The position numbers and the translations under genes were made by a program. From Styela clava (Eukaryota): 64,000 bases of DNA. Within the stretch, counting starts at the first letter, position 1, and the number at the start of each line of letters is the position of its first letter. The notes below the pieces were generated by a model that was not told where the DNA came from, did not search any database, and was given only the letters and a program-made list of their open reading frames with translations. The stretch covers positions 13,206,001-13,270,000 of the forward strand of contig NC_135263.1 in the NCBI RefSeq assembly GCF_964204865.1. The letters run 5' to 3'. Positions 25,820-39,289 of this stretch are shown piece by piece.

Positions 25820-26789
25820 ATCATTGAAAAATGCCACAATCATTCTCACAATCCCGAAAGATTAAGAGACAATCACAGCTGGAGTTGTCATATCTCGTAC
25901 CTGTATGCGATGGAAATGTCACAAACATTCGCTTCGTACAGAAGGTAATCGATGTGCCTTCCTATTTTTCCAATCTATTCTCCTCAAGTGTTATACGTGA
26001 TTGTTTTACCTGCTAAGTGGTATTTGGAAAACTGTACATGTTATTGCCTTGAAGTCAAACTATGCTTCTGAAAAAAATCCGCCAAAGGGAACCTAAAAAT
26101 TAATATTTTTTCCAGACGCGAAATACTAATTATAATAATAACTGCACCCGAAACCAATCTGAAAAGACGTTCGTCGCGATGGGAGTAAATAATCTTACCT
26201 GCATAAATCAGGGACTAAAAAGTGTGACCCGTTAGTATTTTGATTGAATCGTTATTTTGAAGATCCTATACTACGCAAACTTTAAACGCAGAAAGGTCCA
26301 AACTCTGACCCGGGCGTTAGTATCCGTGAGCCGGTGGTCATTGTTACCTCACTACTATCATAGAATTGACTAGCCCGGACAGTCGATAGGCAGAAGTGAT
26401 GTTGGTATCGGTATTCGGTAGGGTAGTTGAATAGTGTGCTTGATTAGCGGAAATTGTTAACTAACTTAAGTCAGTTATTTGATTTCGACAGCCATGAATA
26501 AATTTGAACTTACACAAATTGATTTTATTTTATCAGGCATGCTCAGGTATATGTGATCTACCTCCCATAGAGATGACAAGATATCTCATTGATAAGCTTT
26601 GTTATGATCCAACTGCTTCATTTGCAAATCGCCATGGTAATCCTCTTCATTCACATAATATGTCGTCATTCATAAGATCGTCCTCCACTCGCCATCTAAC
26701 AATACACTGCGCTACTAAAAACCACAGCCTCTCTGGTTACCATTCCATGTAGAGTATCTGATTAGTCAGTCAGTTATTTGTTTCAGATG

Positions 26790-26935
26790 CATGGGCTAGA
26801 TGGCGGAGCAAGCCATAACCTATGAGCGGTTACATAAACCCTCCTGGGGCAGCGAGGAGTCAAGCAATCCTCTCGCATATAATTTCTTACGGGATCCGGA
26901 CCTGGCGAGCGTATTCCTAACGCTCAGTACGAACA
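26790..26935 (-). mobile_element. Possible SINE-like interspersed repeat fragment
   Basis: GC-richer block in AT-rich intergenic DNA with no useful ORF. No clear A/B boxes or TSD were resolved. Confidence 0.25.
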
Positions 26936-28667
26936 TCGTCACATTAGGAATATGACATTTGTATCAGATTTTGAAATGGTTTCAGATTAGCCGATCACCT
27001 TGCTATAGGCTACATACACCTTGACCTATAAAAAAATACCATAATTTCTTTTTTTATTGAATGTTTATTGAAGTTATAATATGTGTCAAGAACATAATGT
27101 ATAATATCGATGACGACGACAAAAAAATAGCTGGTGACATAACATGTACACGTCAACAAGCGATTGTTGTCCACACTTTTCAAAAAAGAAATACTAAACA
27201 ATTCCCGTAACTGATGGCACAACACAGAAACTCGACCAAAACACTTCACAAATTGACTGTGGTTGTAAAGAATATTCCGGCATTTCAGGGATCTTCGTTC
27301 ATAAATATAACAAATTCAATGTTTAAGACTATGATATGACAAGGGTGTCGGTCAGATTTATCTCAAATCGGGCATGCACTGTTCAATTTGGCTAACATTA
27401 CAAAGAGAAACAAATTACTATGCATAGAACGCGATTTTATATTAATATTGGAAGGGAAAGATTATAATGCACCCTTTAATCAAATGGTAAACCACGGTAC
27501 GTTGTGCCATTGTCACCTCATGGAACTGAGTTCGGATTATATTGCCAGTTTTAAATTAGTTATAATGCAATGGATTTCCGACTTATACTTTCTTTACCAC
27601 TTTGTAATATATTTTAACAGAGTTGAACAAGTGAGACTAAAATGCTTATAAATATTGCCATTCGTAATAAAGCAGAAGACAAAAAACGAGTATATAATGT
27701 GTAAAGAGTGATATATCAGATAATAAAATTGGAGTGGAATTGAAAGTTACCGGTTGATAATGTATGAAAGAATAGGAATAAAGCTGGAGCAATAATTCTT
27801 AGGGAAGGTGTTTTTAACATATTCATCACAGGGAGAGCAGAGAATCAAAAGTTTTTAAACATAAAGCAAACAACGGCCTCTATTTTGTCTACCAATCCAT
27901 ACATCCGTGGAATCTGTAACCGACCAGCAGTTACAAGAGCCACTGTGTGACAACAAAATAACAGCAATGAGATTTAAACCTTTGAATCCATGCCGGTAAT
28001 AAGCAGTGGATGGATGGGAAGCTAGAATAATGAAAACCAGCTGTTTATGTGATACTACTTCCAAATATACAAGTTCAATTGATTTAAGAACTGATGACAA
28101 TTTTTTCAGACAGACGATTTTTTTTTTAAGTAAGACATGACAAAGGGAGAGATTAAACTACTAGGGGTGCTAAGTAATTCTATCAAATACCAATATACGT
28201 TTAACGAATTATACTTAACAAAAGTAACACAAAAAACAACGACGAAACAATTGCACAACAACATGAATAGACATTAAAATGTACTTACAGATATTCGAAA
28301 AAATAATATGTATAACTACACAGACTAATTTTCTATAGCAGGCAGTATCATATCGTTATAACCACAATTGAAAAATGCATATATTGTCATGTAAGGTAGT
28401 TTGTAGCTCAAACGCTGGGGCTAAGAAAGAGGGGGATGTAATTTAACCCTCTAGCCAAGGCCCCCAACCATTTATTTCATACTTTTTTCAGAAAATGAAA
28501 TAACCCACAACGTCTGAATACTGCATTTAACATGAAATATTAATTATCGAGAATAACCAGTAATATAGTAAAATTTCATATGAGTTAAAAAAAAAAGGGA
28601 CAAAAATTGATAAATATGACTATCTATAGCATATACAGAAATAAATGAAAATTCAAATACAATAGTT

Positions 28668-28800
28668 TCAAGATTCTGATTTTCCATATGTTCCATCAGG
28701 AGGTCTATATAATTTAGGAAAAGTCATCAGTTGTACTGAAGTAAATGCATATTTTCGTACTCCAACATTTTTTCGTGTGTTTTCGCGTCTCGTACCCTCA
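28668..28800 (-). CDS. INPP4: INPP4 last coding exon
   Basis: [43 protein letters not shown], the conserved INPP4 C-terminus. Confidence 0.95.
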
Positions 28801-29583
28801 CTGGAAGAAATAATAGCGCATATAAGTCATAATATATACAAGTGAGCTATCAAAGACAATGATGCACATGAAATGATAATTTCCTTTGCCAAACTAAGCA
28901 AGAAAAACAAGTTTTTCATCATCTAAAAGGTTTTCATTTTGGCAAATCTCGGGAAAGTTAGCAAATAGTAATACACAAATTGTTAGAAAAAGTGTGTTTA
29001 ACCTAATGCAAGGTGTGGTGAACAAATATTTTTCGACTTTCGATCCATTCTAAACAGGGAGAGCTATGGATCACTTCTGGGCACCACATTGATGTCAGTC
29101 TGTTTCTCATGCAATTTGCATCAATTTTACCTCAACAGAACACAAAAAATATGAAACCCTCCATTTTTGATATATAATTAGCTGGGGTGTGCCAAGGATA
29201 TTTTGAAAAACAAAATAGACCCGGGGCTAAAAATTTTGGCCACCTAGTCTTGCGGGCCATGTAAGTGTAAAAATTACATGTGACCGCACACGACAAACGC
29301 ACGAGGCGATAGAAAAGAGGTGTGAAAAGCATGTTGCCAAATCGAGTGAGCGAGAGGCCGTCAAGTTTTGTTACCGTCCCCATATCATGAAATTCAGTGA
29401 CAACCTTAAAAAGACAGACGGCGATCATAATTGTAGCTCATAGCAGGGCCAGATTGAATAACCCAACGAGTCGGATTTGGCCCACAGGCCATACTTCGCC
29501 CATGACAGTCACAGACACTATGGTGTATTTATCAAAACAATTCAGAGTTGAACTAGCATTATGCCCATGAATAAATCTCCTAC

Positions 29584-29738
29584 CTCCTCATACAGTTGAG
29601 AGCTCTCGAGAACTCGTTAGGTGAAAGTTGATGATTGTTAATTAGAATTTGAACTTGTTCTAACGTTACTGACATCGCAGTCCTGTCTTTCGCACTTTTG
29701 CAGCTTGTTACACGAACACCTTTTAACATTCTGGATAT
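29584..29738 (-). CDS. INPP4: INPP4 catalytic exon
   Basis: [28 protein letters not shown]…, containing the CX5R motif CKSAKDRT. Confidence 0.97.
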
Positions 29739-30165
29739 CTGTAACAAATTGAAAATTATACACAAAAATTGAAAATTTTATTCGTTAGGTAATTATGAAA
29801 ATTTGTCATTCTTATTATTTGGCATCTCACGATCACACAAAATTACCATTGAATTCAATTTCAGACATTGTAATAAAACAAAACACAGTTCATCCTGATC
29901 ATTTTATGTATTTACATAAACATAGAACAGAAACTGGATACATATTATACATCATGAAATTTAATTTTTATGATTTTACAATAATATCTGCCAATTTCTC
30001 TGTTAAATATGAAACAATATAGAGTATATTCTAATATTTCATTTCGGAAACCTTATTTCAGTATGTATTCATAATATTTATTTATTTGCTTATGGCTATA
30101 CCGGCCTTTCATTGACCAAATTGGTGTTCATCCTGTTAAAACTACAAGAGTGTGATGCCACTTAC

Positions 30166-30279
30166 CTCTGAGGAAAGATGTAAAATTTCAACATTTTTAT
30201 TTTTCTTTGAAAAATTGATTGCTTCTTTTAATTTATTCAATTTAGATTCAATTTCACCTGCTTGACTTGTCATTGAATT
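30166..30279 (-). CDS. INPP4: INPP4 exon
   Basis: NSMTSQAGEIESKLNKLKEAINFSKKNKNVEILHLSSE, phase 0-0. Confidence 0.88.
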
Positions 30280-30922
30280 CTGAAAATCCAGATCAAAGTA
30301 TTGTTGCTAGTTATGGAATAAACTCTCAGAGAGTATAGTTGGGGATATTTGAATTATTATTACCGGTATGTTATATATTAGATTTTGGAAATGACAACTG
30401 AAAAAAGACAGCGATAGGTATGTATTGAGAGTGGTAAATGTATGCAAATTAATACCTTTTTGATCAATATTCTGTAAGAATTATAGTCGCAGGTTGCATG
30501 ACATGAATTAACATAATGAATGTACTTTAGTTTTGGGAGCAAAAATTCCAGGATCAATAAATCAATAAAAATTGCTGTTTTCAGAAAGCGCATTAATTAA
30601 GAAGCATACTGCTTGCATATTTTCATGCAAACCTAAATGAGAGGTGGTTTGTTGATTAGAAAATATCTTATACCTTAAAACTTGAATGGCAAGACAAAAC
30701 GCTTTTCTCATCAAATCTGGAAAGTTATTCCAAATTTTATGTACAAAATGTAAAAATTCTTACCAGCTTCATAATCGATGATCAAGATGCTTTTTAAGAT
30801 ATTCCTTAATAAATTTAGTTTCATCCTAATCCCAAACCAATTAAGCATAAGTTTTTATTCATAAATAAATCGAAATTTAACGCAACATGGAATATATCAT
30901 TTTTATTAAAATATTAACAAAC

Positions 30923-31060
30923 CTGAATAATTTTTTCACTGTATGATGACAGTCGAGAAAGTGATTCTACGTTAATACAATCTTGTAATGAGGTGCTACC
31001 AATTTTTTCCGCAAGCGTTTGTTCTTCATTGATTCCAATATTGAAAAGAACTGGAACCAC
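30923..31060 (-). CDS. INPP4: INPP4 exon
   Basis: [37 protein letters not shown]…, strongly conserved. Confidence 0.93.
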
Positions 31061-31417
31061 CTACCAAAAAAGCAAATAGCATAATGTTGTAATGACTTCA
31101 ATTTAGCGATATCTGAGGTTAAAAAAAATCAAAAATTATTGATGTTCTAAGAAGAGTTCCTAAATATTCAAAATTATACTTCTTTATGGTTCAACTGCAA
31201 AATATATATATATAGTCAAAATTAAAATTCAAAGCAAAGTTTTTTTTTCATTTTTTGTACTATGCATATATTTTCATCCAATAACAAAAATCTTATGTAA
31301 AACAATTTTTAAATCCTTGCCTTAGCCATTACGACAACATATTACAACATTATGTATGCAACATAAAATGAATTCGTACCTGGTCTAAATGCCCGAAGTA
31401 AGATATACACAACTTAC

Positions 31418-31484
31418 CTTGAAAGGTGCACCACTTCTTAGTGAATCTGGTAGTTTAACAAATGTTTGTGGATCTAAATGTAAC
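31418..31484 (-). CDS. INPP4: INPP4 exon
   Basis: LHLDPQTFVKLPDSLRSGAPFK, phase 2-0. Confidence 0.88.
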
Positions 31485-32288
31485 CTGAAATAGACATGAG
31501 AAATAATTACACAGTAAATCAAACAGCTGATAATTAGACACATAGTGTACACATTCATCGTTTCACAAAAATGTTGTTGTTAAAAATCAGTATTGTCTCC
31601 GGTATTACCTTCATTTTTAAAATTTTTGATTTCTACATAGTCCAATATTTCACCCTGAAATTTGTCTTTTTATTTTAATACAGTACATAGGAATATTTTT
31701 ATATGACATCGTACATACACTTTCTGTATGACATCTTGTGCAACTCTTTCAATTTTATTAACATTACTGTAGTCATTGAAATACAGAGTTGATTAAGTTT
31801 TGAGGTAGACCAGAATGCTTTATTTAAGTTTCAAACAACTTAAACCCCAGTATAAAATAGAAAGGAATATACGCTAACGATACAAATTTAGATTTTTTTA
31901 TGTACAGCAAAAGGAATAAAGAATAATAAAATAGTCTGCTGTTTTCAAGCATTGAGAATTTACTTATTCACCCAAGCATGCTTTTTTCTGTAAATAACAC
32001 TGTCAAAAAGACGTTGTTCAATGTTACATTCACGTGAATTTCAGAACAGGACCAATTAGAATTGATTTTACATGTGATACTTTTGCTAACAATGTTAGCG
32101 GGAAACAACGGAACAAACAAAATAACTCATTCACCTTCAGTAAGTAGGCTAGCGTTGCGCTACACCAGCAACGAGAACATGTTCGTGTATTATGCTGGAT
32201 GAATGAACGCCAAAGCGGGACTTTTGGCTGACTTGTCGGGACAAGACGCTAAATAAGTAAAAAAATATTATTCAAGTATGTTTCTCAC

Positions 32289-32419
32289 CTAACAGTGATT
32301 CTATTCCTGGTTCCATGTATAGTAGGAAGCAAATGATCCATGTCATCGCCATCTTGTTCCTTCGATTTCTCACAACAAAACGATACTTTATGTAAATCAT
32401 AAATACCAACAACGTGATC
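32289..32419 (-). CDS. INPP4: INPP4 exon
   Basis: DHVVGIYDLHKVSF…LLPTIHGTRNRITV, phase 0-2. Confidence 0.88.
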
Positions 32420-32851
32420 CTACAACGAAACAAATATGATATTAAGAAAAAAGATAACAAGTAGATCATTGGGGGCCAAAACAAGTCATTGGTTTTTACA
32501 CCAAAAAAAATTTGCAAAAATATTGGTAAACATCAGTTTTGTACTTTGTAGCTCACGAATTGGATTCTTTAGTCATTAGAATTCTGATTAATATAATCTA
32601 CTGATTAAAATAATCCCAATCGCCAGTACCCAAGAGTAACAACCTAACCCATATTGGACAAAAAAAGTGTATTAAAACAACCCAATTTAAAATAAAGCAC
32701 AATGGACGAATAAATTACTCCTGGCGAAAATTCGAGACAATTTTTTATATAGAATCTTGCTCGAGCAAGCACACATACTAACTCAAAGATTGATCTCTGA
32801 GTAATGTTATGAGCAACCACCGAAGTGCCAAGAGCTTTTGAGACTGTAAAG

Positions 32852-33281
32852 CAGGGGTCGGCAACCTTTTGTCGCTCGCGGGTCAAAATTGAGGTTGCAA
32901 GTCATTGACGGGCCGCACATATTTTTAGAAAGTTGAAAAACCGAACGGATGGTACTTTTTATAATAAAGATCAAGCAGTGATACATCTCTCGAATAGAGT
33001 ATAGATTTAATTCCTCATTGCATCTCATAAAATTCCATTTGAATATTTTCAGCGTCACTGAACCCTTTGCACTCAGCATCAACTTTTCTGCGATTTGTTG
33101 CCATTTGCTTGATTATAATTAAATTATATTCTCATTGAACGAGTAATTGTGGATTATATAATTGTCAGGTTATAATATAATTTAGTCTAAAGATTATATT
33201 CATCAAAAGGGATATTTTGTTACTATAATTTAGTGAAGCGTCGCACGCCGGATTATAGTGCCCGTATGTTGCCGACCCCTG
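32852..33281. mobile_element. hAT-type MITE
   Basis: TIR CAGGGGTCGGCAAC / GTTGCCGACCCCTG and a perfect 8-bp TSD, CTGTAAAG. Confidence 0.9.
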
Positions 33282-33387
33282 CTGTAAAGTATTACAGCAT
33301 AAAATTGCTCGTTATTAAGCCAACAAGGTATTTTATTCCATTTTATTCGAAAAAATAAAATGAATACATATAAAACCATTAGATTAC

Positions 33388-33534
33388 CTCTAACATCCCC
33401 AATTCATTTTTATAAGTGCTTAGAAGAGATTCAAAATGTATCAACATTCCATGATTAGAAATATTGTTCAGGTATTCGGTGTCGTGAATAAACGAAAACA
33501 GTGCAGTGGAGACTCCGCAGACACAACTTGACAA
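33388..33534 (-). CDS. INPP4: INPP4 exon
   Basis: LSSCVCG…GMLIHFESLLSTYKNELGMLE, phase 0-0. Confidence 0.92.
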
Positions 33535-34182
33535 CTAAAAGAAATATATCTAGTGTTAAGGAACAAAGAATGCTACTAGATTGAAAAGCATGAAAGCCAG
33601 CTCAACTCTTAATAGCCCTAAACTGATTCTTGGATTATTTAGAGATAAAACCACACATCTCTATTGTGTGCAGGGATGTCCAAAACGAAATTGATTATAT
33701 TCGTTATTTTTAATTTCTGATTTTGGATAATTTAGAATTGTTGCATTTAAAAAATGATATTTTGAGCAACTGAAAGACAAAAAAGTATACATTTAATTTT
33801 GAAAAACTATAAAAATAAGAACCAGTGGACTAACACAAATTGCTCTCTCATAGATATATATTATGGAACTTCTGTTATGAGACCAGGGTTCTTGGTGTGT
33901 GGATAAGAAATAAAATATCATTCAAATGTTTGCGCTACACTAGCTTTACCATGTATACTTTTACTAAAATCACTGAACAATACACCCCTCATAAGAAAAT
34001 AATATTTATATTTAAAATAAATTTATGCATTTCTGCACATATTTCATTCAAAATATTCAAAAAAGAAGCATATAATAAAGAGAAATACCACAATATCCTA
34101 TATAATTATACATATTATGATAAACGGCTTGTTTTCGACTTTTGTTTAAAACTTATTACATGCCCCAAAAAAATTTCCTTAC

Positions 34183-34361
34183 CACTTGGCTGAAGACAAC
34201 ATCTCTTCTATATATAAGGTCTGTTGATCCTTGAATATGTATTAAAGAATGTATTGCATGACCTTGCATAGCAAGGTTACAAACTGTTGATAATCTTGTT
34301 TCAAGTTCATTTAAGTTCAAGACAATACTGTCATAATCAGGAACGGTATTTGATGCCAAAT
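34183..34361 (-). CDS. INPP4: INPP4 exon
   Basis: …LIYRRDVVFSQV, the conserved RRDVVF motif, phase 1-0. Confidence 0.9.
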
Positions 34362-35163
34362 CTGGTAAAAAGAAAATATAAAATTTTAGATCAGATGAGA
34401 ATGGAAAGTTAGTATTTTTTATAGTATGTGGTGGGAAACAAATTTTAAGAAAAGGTTCCCTAATTTCAGAAAATGTATGTATGTCACTACGTAATCTACA
34501 TTAACATGACACGCTTTAGATGAATCTATCACATAACTTGTGAACGTGAATGTAACGCCACTTGGCTGCGATGCACGAATCCACTCCCATCACCACCAAG
34601 CCTTGGGTAAAGAAAGAATGACGAAATGGCCTGAGTATGACATCTCACCCTGGATGTGATAAGATTAAAGGGATATACCAGACTAGATCATATATGGTCA
34701 GAGGGTTGGCGCAGAGCCGTTCTTGAAATGTTGTCATAATCAGAAAACCTGTTCTAGTTTTTAGACGTTAGACGACTGCAGTAAATGGATTGCTTGCACC
34801 GCAGCTGACAACAACTATCGTTATCTTTGACGTTTCAAAGGTTATGTATCAGATTTACCTGTAAATCATAATATGTCATGCAGCTTACGCAGTGACATAC
34901 CGGTACTTATAGTTTCTGAAATGAGGGAACCTGTTGTTAGTGAGTTGGATACAAAAGAGAACCTGTTCTAAATATTCTGAATCTTGCAACTGGATATGGT
35001 CATTACAGTTAGAAATTGAAATGATTTGAAAATATGCAATTTCATTCAAATGAAACATCCTGATTTGCCGTTCAGAGTTCATTTTCAATCTGATGGAATT
35101 CGAATATCACTATGAGGTCTAAAATATCATTAAATCAATTATGAAGAATATCATTGTATTTAC

Positions 35164-35257
35164 CATCAATTTCCACTAGATTTGCATTATCCAACATAGT
35201 GTGAACCTTCGCTATAATTTCGGACAATTTTGTTTTCACTGAAGACTTTAATTCTTC
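35164..35257 (-). CDS. INPP4: INPP4 exon
   Basis: EELKSSVKTKLSEIIAKVHTMLDNANLVEID, good splice sites, phase 0-1. Confidence 0.8.
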
Positions 35258-36178
35258 CTATAAGAGAAAGTAAATTGAGTAAAAATAAACTATTTTCTTT
35301 GGTCCCTGCTTGACAATTAACAGGAAACCAAGTGTGAGTACCAGATTGTGTTGATATTTGGTCTCAACAAACCTTGCTTTTTACCAAATTTTGATGAAAC
35401 TACTCCAACAAAAACAAATTACGCAATCAAAATAATAATTTGCTATGGGCAAAGATGAAATAAAAAGCTGATTTATAAATAATCAGTGAATAATTAGGGG
35501 TGTCAAAAATAATCCAATTAATTTATTTCAAGATCCATATACTAAAGTACTATAATCCGACTCGTAGGAAATTTTTTTTTATATTACCAGACTATTTTGA
35601 TACGAGCAAAGGTACAAGCTTGGTACAGAGATAGAATTCAAGCCCATAATAAAATATCTACCTTATTTTACAAACCCCAAGGCGCACTTAAAATACTTTG
35701 TTTTCTCAAAAATAATCGAAGCGCCTCATGTACAGAACCGGTAGTGCTTTATGATGTATTGCCTATGATCAAAAGCAGTACCCGCTGTGCCTTACAGCCC
35801 AATGTATGATTAAAAACCCTATCTAAGCAACTTATTGACAGTGCACCTTCAAACCCAGTATACCCTATGATCCATACGATACAATACTTGAAAACGAAAA
35901 AAAAGGGGGCAAAGATTTGACATAGTATTTAATTGGTTTGCAGGCCAAGGGCACATGACTCAATCGATCAGGGAAAAAATGCTAATAAAATGATTACAAG
36001 TTATCACTGATGCATTGAAAGTTGTATAGGTCAAAGCTTGTAACAAAAATGTCAGCATAGAGCAGTTCCACAAGACTTAAAACAACCCAGGTCTAAACTG
36101 CCAGATTAACAGGTAGAACGAAATTCTATAAACAATTTAGCATTATCATAACATTGTAAAATATCGAGATATTCTTAC

Positions 36179-36325
36179 CCATTCAAGACTTGATCCAGAA
36201 ACTAACTTTGTTGAAGCGTTTAATAAACTATTTCCAGCTGATGACGATCCATTTAAATCATTAGAAATTTTAGAAAGTGCTTTACATAAGTCTTCGTTGT
36301 CCAACAATGATACAAGTAAGCAGGT
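36179..36325 (-). CDS. INPP4: INPP4 exon
   Basis: TCLLVSLLDNEDLCKAL…SSLEW, phase 0-0. Confidence 0.82.
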
Positions 36326-36366
36326 CTGAGAAATAATATACCGTAATTTATGGTGATCTACTATAT

Positions 36367-37156
36367 CAGTGTTTCCCAACCTATGGGTCGTGACTAGGGC
36401 TGGACATTTTGAATCGAATAGTAAAATCCGATGGCAATTTTGAATCGTCGTCATCTTTTTTTTGCCCACCCACACACAGGTCGAGGTGAATCTCTCATTT
36501 TTTTTATTAATATCAAATTTTTAAAATGCAATTCAGACATATGACTCACTTCTTCTGAGTGATAGATTACGTGTTCTTACTAATTTATGTGGCTGCAGGA
36601 CCCATTATAAAAAACAGTCAATACAACTGCATTTCTTCCAAGTATTCGAGATTCGATTCCAAAATAATATTTGATTCTGAAATCATCAGAGCCCTGGTTG
36701 TGACCCAAAACTGAATCGTCTAAAAATCATCTTGGGTCGCTTGTTTTTCAACAAAAACTTCAACAAAAATGTGTCGATTTCATTTTCTAGAAGATTGTAT
36801 TGGTAATTTTAAATTTAGTATTGAAGTGTTGCTCAATAGTGATTGAATATGTGGGAAAAGTATTACAGCATGAAAACTTGGCAGCATCGATTTTGTTGAT
36901 ATGTGAAGTGAACCCACGCCGCGATTTTAAAAACTCGGTGATTGCAAACAAGAACGGATTTCTTACTTTGGGGTAACTTCTAGGAAAATAGAGGTCATAT
37001 AAAAATGATTGTTTCATATTAGTCATTCATTCTAGCGGCCATAAAAGTACAACACAAAAGTACATTTAGTACGCAAGGTTATCCTTGGCTAGCGAGACTT
37101 TTTAAAAACATTTTTTTTTTAATTTGGGTCTCAAGAAAAAAGGTTGGGAACCACTA
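36367..37156. mobile_element. hAT-type MITE carrying a nested element
   Basis: TIR CAGTGTTTCCCAACC / GGTTGGGAACCACTA and a perfect TSD, TACTATAT. Confidence 0.88.
36395..36696. mobile_element. Nested hAT-type MITE
   Basis: Ends TAGGGCT… / …AGCCCTG; TSD GTCGTGAC / GTTGTGAC. Confidence 0.7.
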
Positions 37157-37660
37157 TACTATATTACCCTGAAAAATTCAAGAGTATTAGGCTAAATAAA
37201 AATGAAATTTTCATTTCATTTTTTGAAAAAGAACAATAAATATACTAAAAAAAGATATCCGTTAGCAAAATGTGTTAAGGACATTTAAATAATGCAGACA
37301 GCCCGATTTCATATTTGATACTTTTACTGGCATTATTTGAAAGCTGAAATATATTCCTAAAATTATTATTACACACAATATTAAATTTTGTATAAATTGT
37401 ATCTATTTTCCAAACTTTAGATTTCAAATTCAATATAAATATCCACGAGTTATTCAAATTCTATGTGTCTAAGTCAAGAAATGCATAATCAGTAACATGA
37501 CATATTAAAACAATACATCAATAACAAGTGTAGAAAATTCCCAAATAGGAACACACAAAGTCCAAGTAAGTAACAAACTCTAGCTGAACTTTATGACATC
37601 ACAATAACAATAAAATAGGGAAATTTTCAGCATCTACAATCAACTATAGTTTTTATTCAC

Positions 37661-37865
37661 CTTATCGCTCAACATTGTAACAGCCATCTCAGCAGATGTT
37701 CGTGTCGGAACAGTGTTGCATTCTTTACCAGCCAATATCAATGTTTCAATTGTACTGATATGAGATTTAACTTCCTTCTGTAAGTCAGATATCGTCACTG
37801 GTAATTCCGCAATGTCATTTTTCAAATTTTCTTGGTTACAAAGCGACGTGAGAGCGAGTTCTCTA
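37661..37865 (-). CDS. INPP4: INPP4 exon
   Basis: RELALTSLCNQENLKNDI…VTMLSDK, phase 2-0, with a CAGTAG (NAGNAG) acceptor. Confidence 0.82.
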
Positions 37866-38463
37866 CTGTAAATAAAAAAGTGAAATTATTTTATTAAACT
37901 TATTCAAATGAATCGAATCCTTGACAAACCCAGAGTCATAAATTACTGAAGTTTTGAAAAAGCATTTCAGGAGAGTATTGTAGCAATAAAACCATTTTTC
38001 AATATATTTAAGCAGTCTGAAAAAAAATCTTCAAATCAAAATCAAAGATTGTTTTTGATTTTTTTCTGCATTCGATTTGATTTACCAATCTACCGTTGAA
38101 ATTCTTGCGTTTTTAATGTAAAATCCTGATATGTACTAAATTTGAGGAAGCAAAATTTTAAATAAATCATTTTTCAATCAATCAAATTTGTCGTATTGCA
38201 TTTCACATTCCAGACATATGAAGATAATTGTAATCACATATATTTGACAAAAAACTTCTATTTTGTGAAAACATCTTATTTAAACAAAATTTGTTAACCA
38301 TCCAAAATGACGCACCAAATTTCGTTGCGAAAATTGTTTTCATTAATTGAATTTCCGGTAATTTGTTAATATAATAATCTGAATTTCTATATAATTCAAA
38401 AATCCATAGTCACATTTATTTTTTCACAGCCACTTCATCGAACGCAAACTTCTGAAAGCTTAC

Positions 38464-38593
38464 CCCTTCTTTACTTTTTCCGAGGAAGATGACATAAGTG
38501 ACAATAATCCACCTTGCTTATATTTAAAACAATGTGCTGTTGCTGCACCAACTGTTATGATGTCATAAACACGAACAGGTGGTGAACTCGAAG
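38464..38593 (-). CDS. INPP4: INPP4 exon
   Basis: VYDIITVGAATAHCFKYKQGGL (compare INPP4A YDIVTIGAPAAH…GGL), phase 1-2. Confidence 0.9.
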
Positions 38594-38660
38594 CTTGAAG
38601 AAAAAAAAAATAGAAATTTGAAAACTTATGTGTATTACAAGCACAAGTAGACAACAGTAG

Positions 38661-39056
38661 CAGTGGCGTCGTCAGGATTTTTGAAAGAAGGGGGTCCCAA
38701 AAATAGGAATCAGAAATTCCCGCGCAACGGCTTCTAAAATAGGCCCTGGATTTATGCCACTCGTTAAAAATAGCCTTTTTCAGCAGATAATAATTTTTTC
38801 TGTTGCATAAAATATTCGATACATGGCCGATGGGAGCATTTGAAAAGGCCATATTAATTTATTGTGTTCGTCGTAACTAACTAAAATAAAAGCACTATTA
38901 CTCAAAGAAATGCAAGTAGACGGCACGTAGCGTTGACGAAAATGATCAACGTTTTTAACAAAATGCAATCGCATGAGTTATTAGCGACTTTTTCAGTCTT
39001 ACAAAATTACATAAGTGGGGGTTCCAACTCGCACTCACCCTCCGACTACGGCCCTG
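38661..39056. mobile_element. hAT-like non-autonomous element
   Basis: Ends CAGTGGCGTCGTC / GACTACGGCCCTG, flanked by AACAGTAG repeats. Confidence 0.65.
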
Positions 39057-39289
39057 TAACAGTAGCTGGTGGTACCCAGAGTTGTCGTTCAGTTGCCGGA
39101 CGAGTCAAATATTAAATAAATTCAGAATTAGATATATTCGAAATTATAAATTTTTGATTTTATTGTTATATTAGAATATTTTTGTTCCAAAATATGACAT
39201 TTTGAGCATCTGATATAACAAGACATAAAAAATAGACTTCACAGACAGTGTGAGGAATACAGAATTATTCATAACAACATACAAATTTC

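Noticed and set aside
25704-25820. 39-aa N-terminal extension of the PDE ORF in the ORF track
   Set aside because: It starts at TTG. The first ATG (25703) gives a PDE9-like MG N-terminus.
25704-28667. INPP4-PDE9 as a trans-spliced operon
   Set aside because: The gap is about 3 kb with repeat-like DNA and several poly(A)-signal candidates. No abutting poly(A)/acceptor arrangement could be shown.
34859-35090. Possible extra INPP4 cassette exon
   Set aside because: The phase is incompatible with the neighbours, and the flanking exons join cleanly without it.
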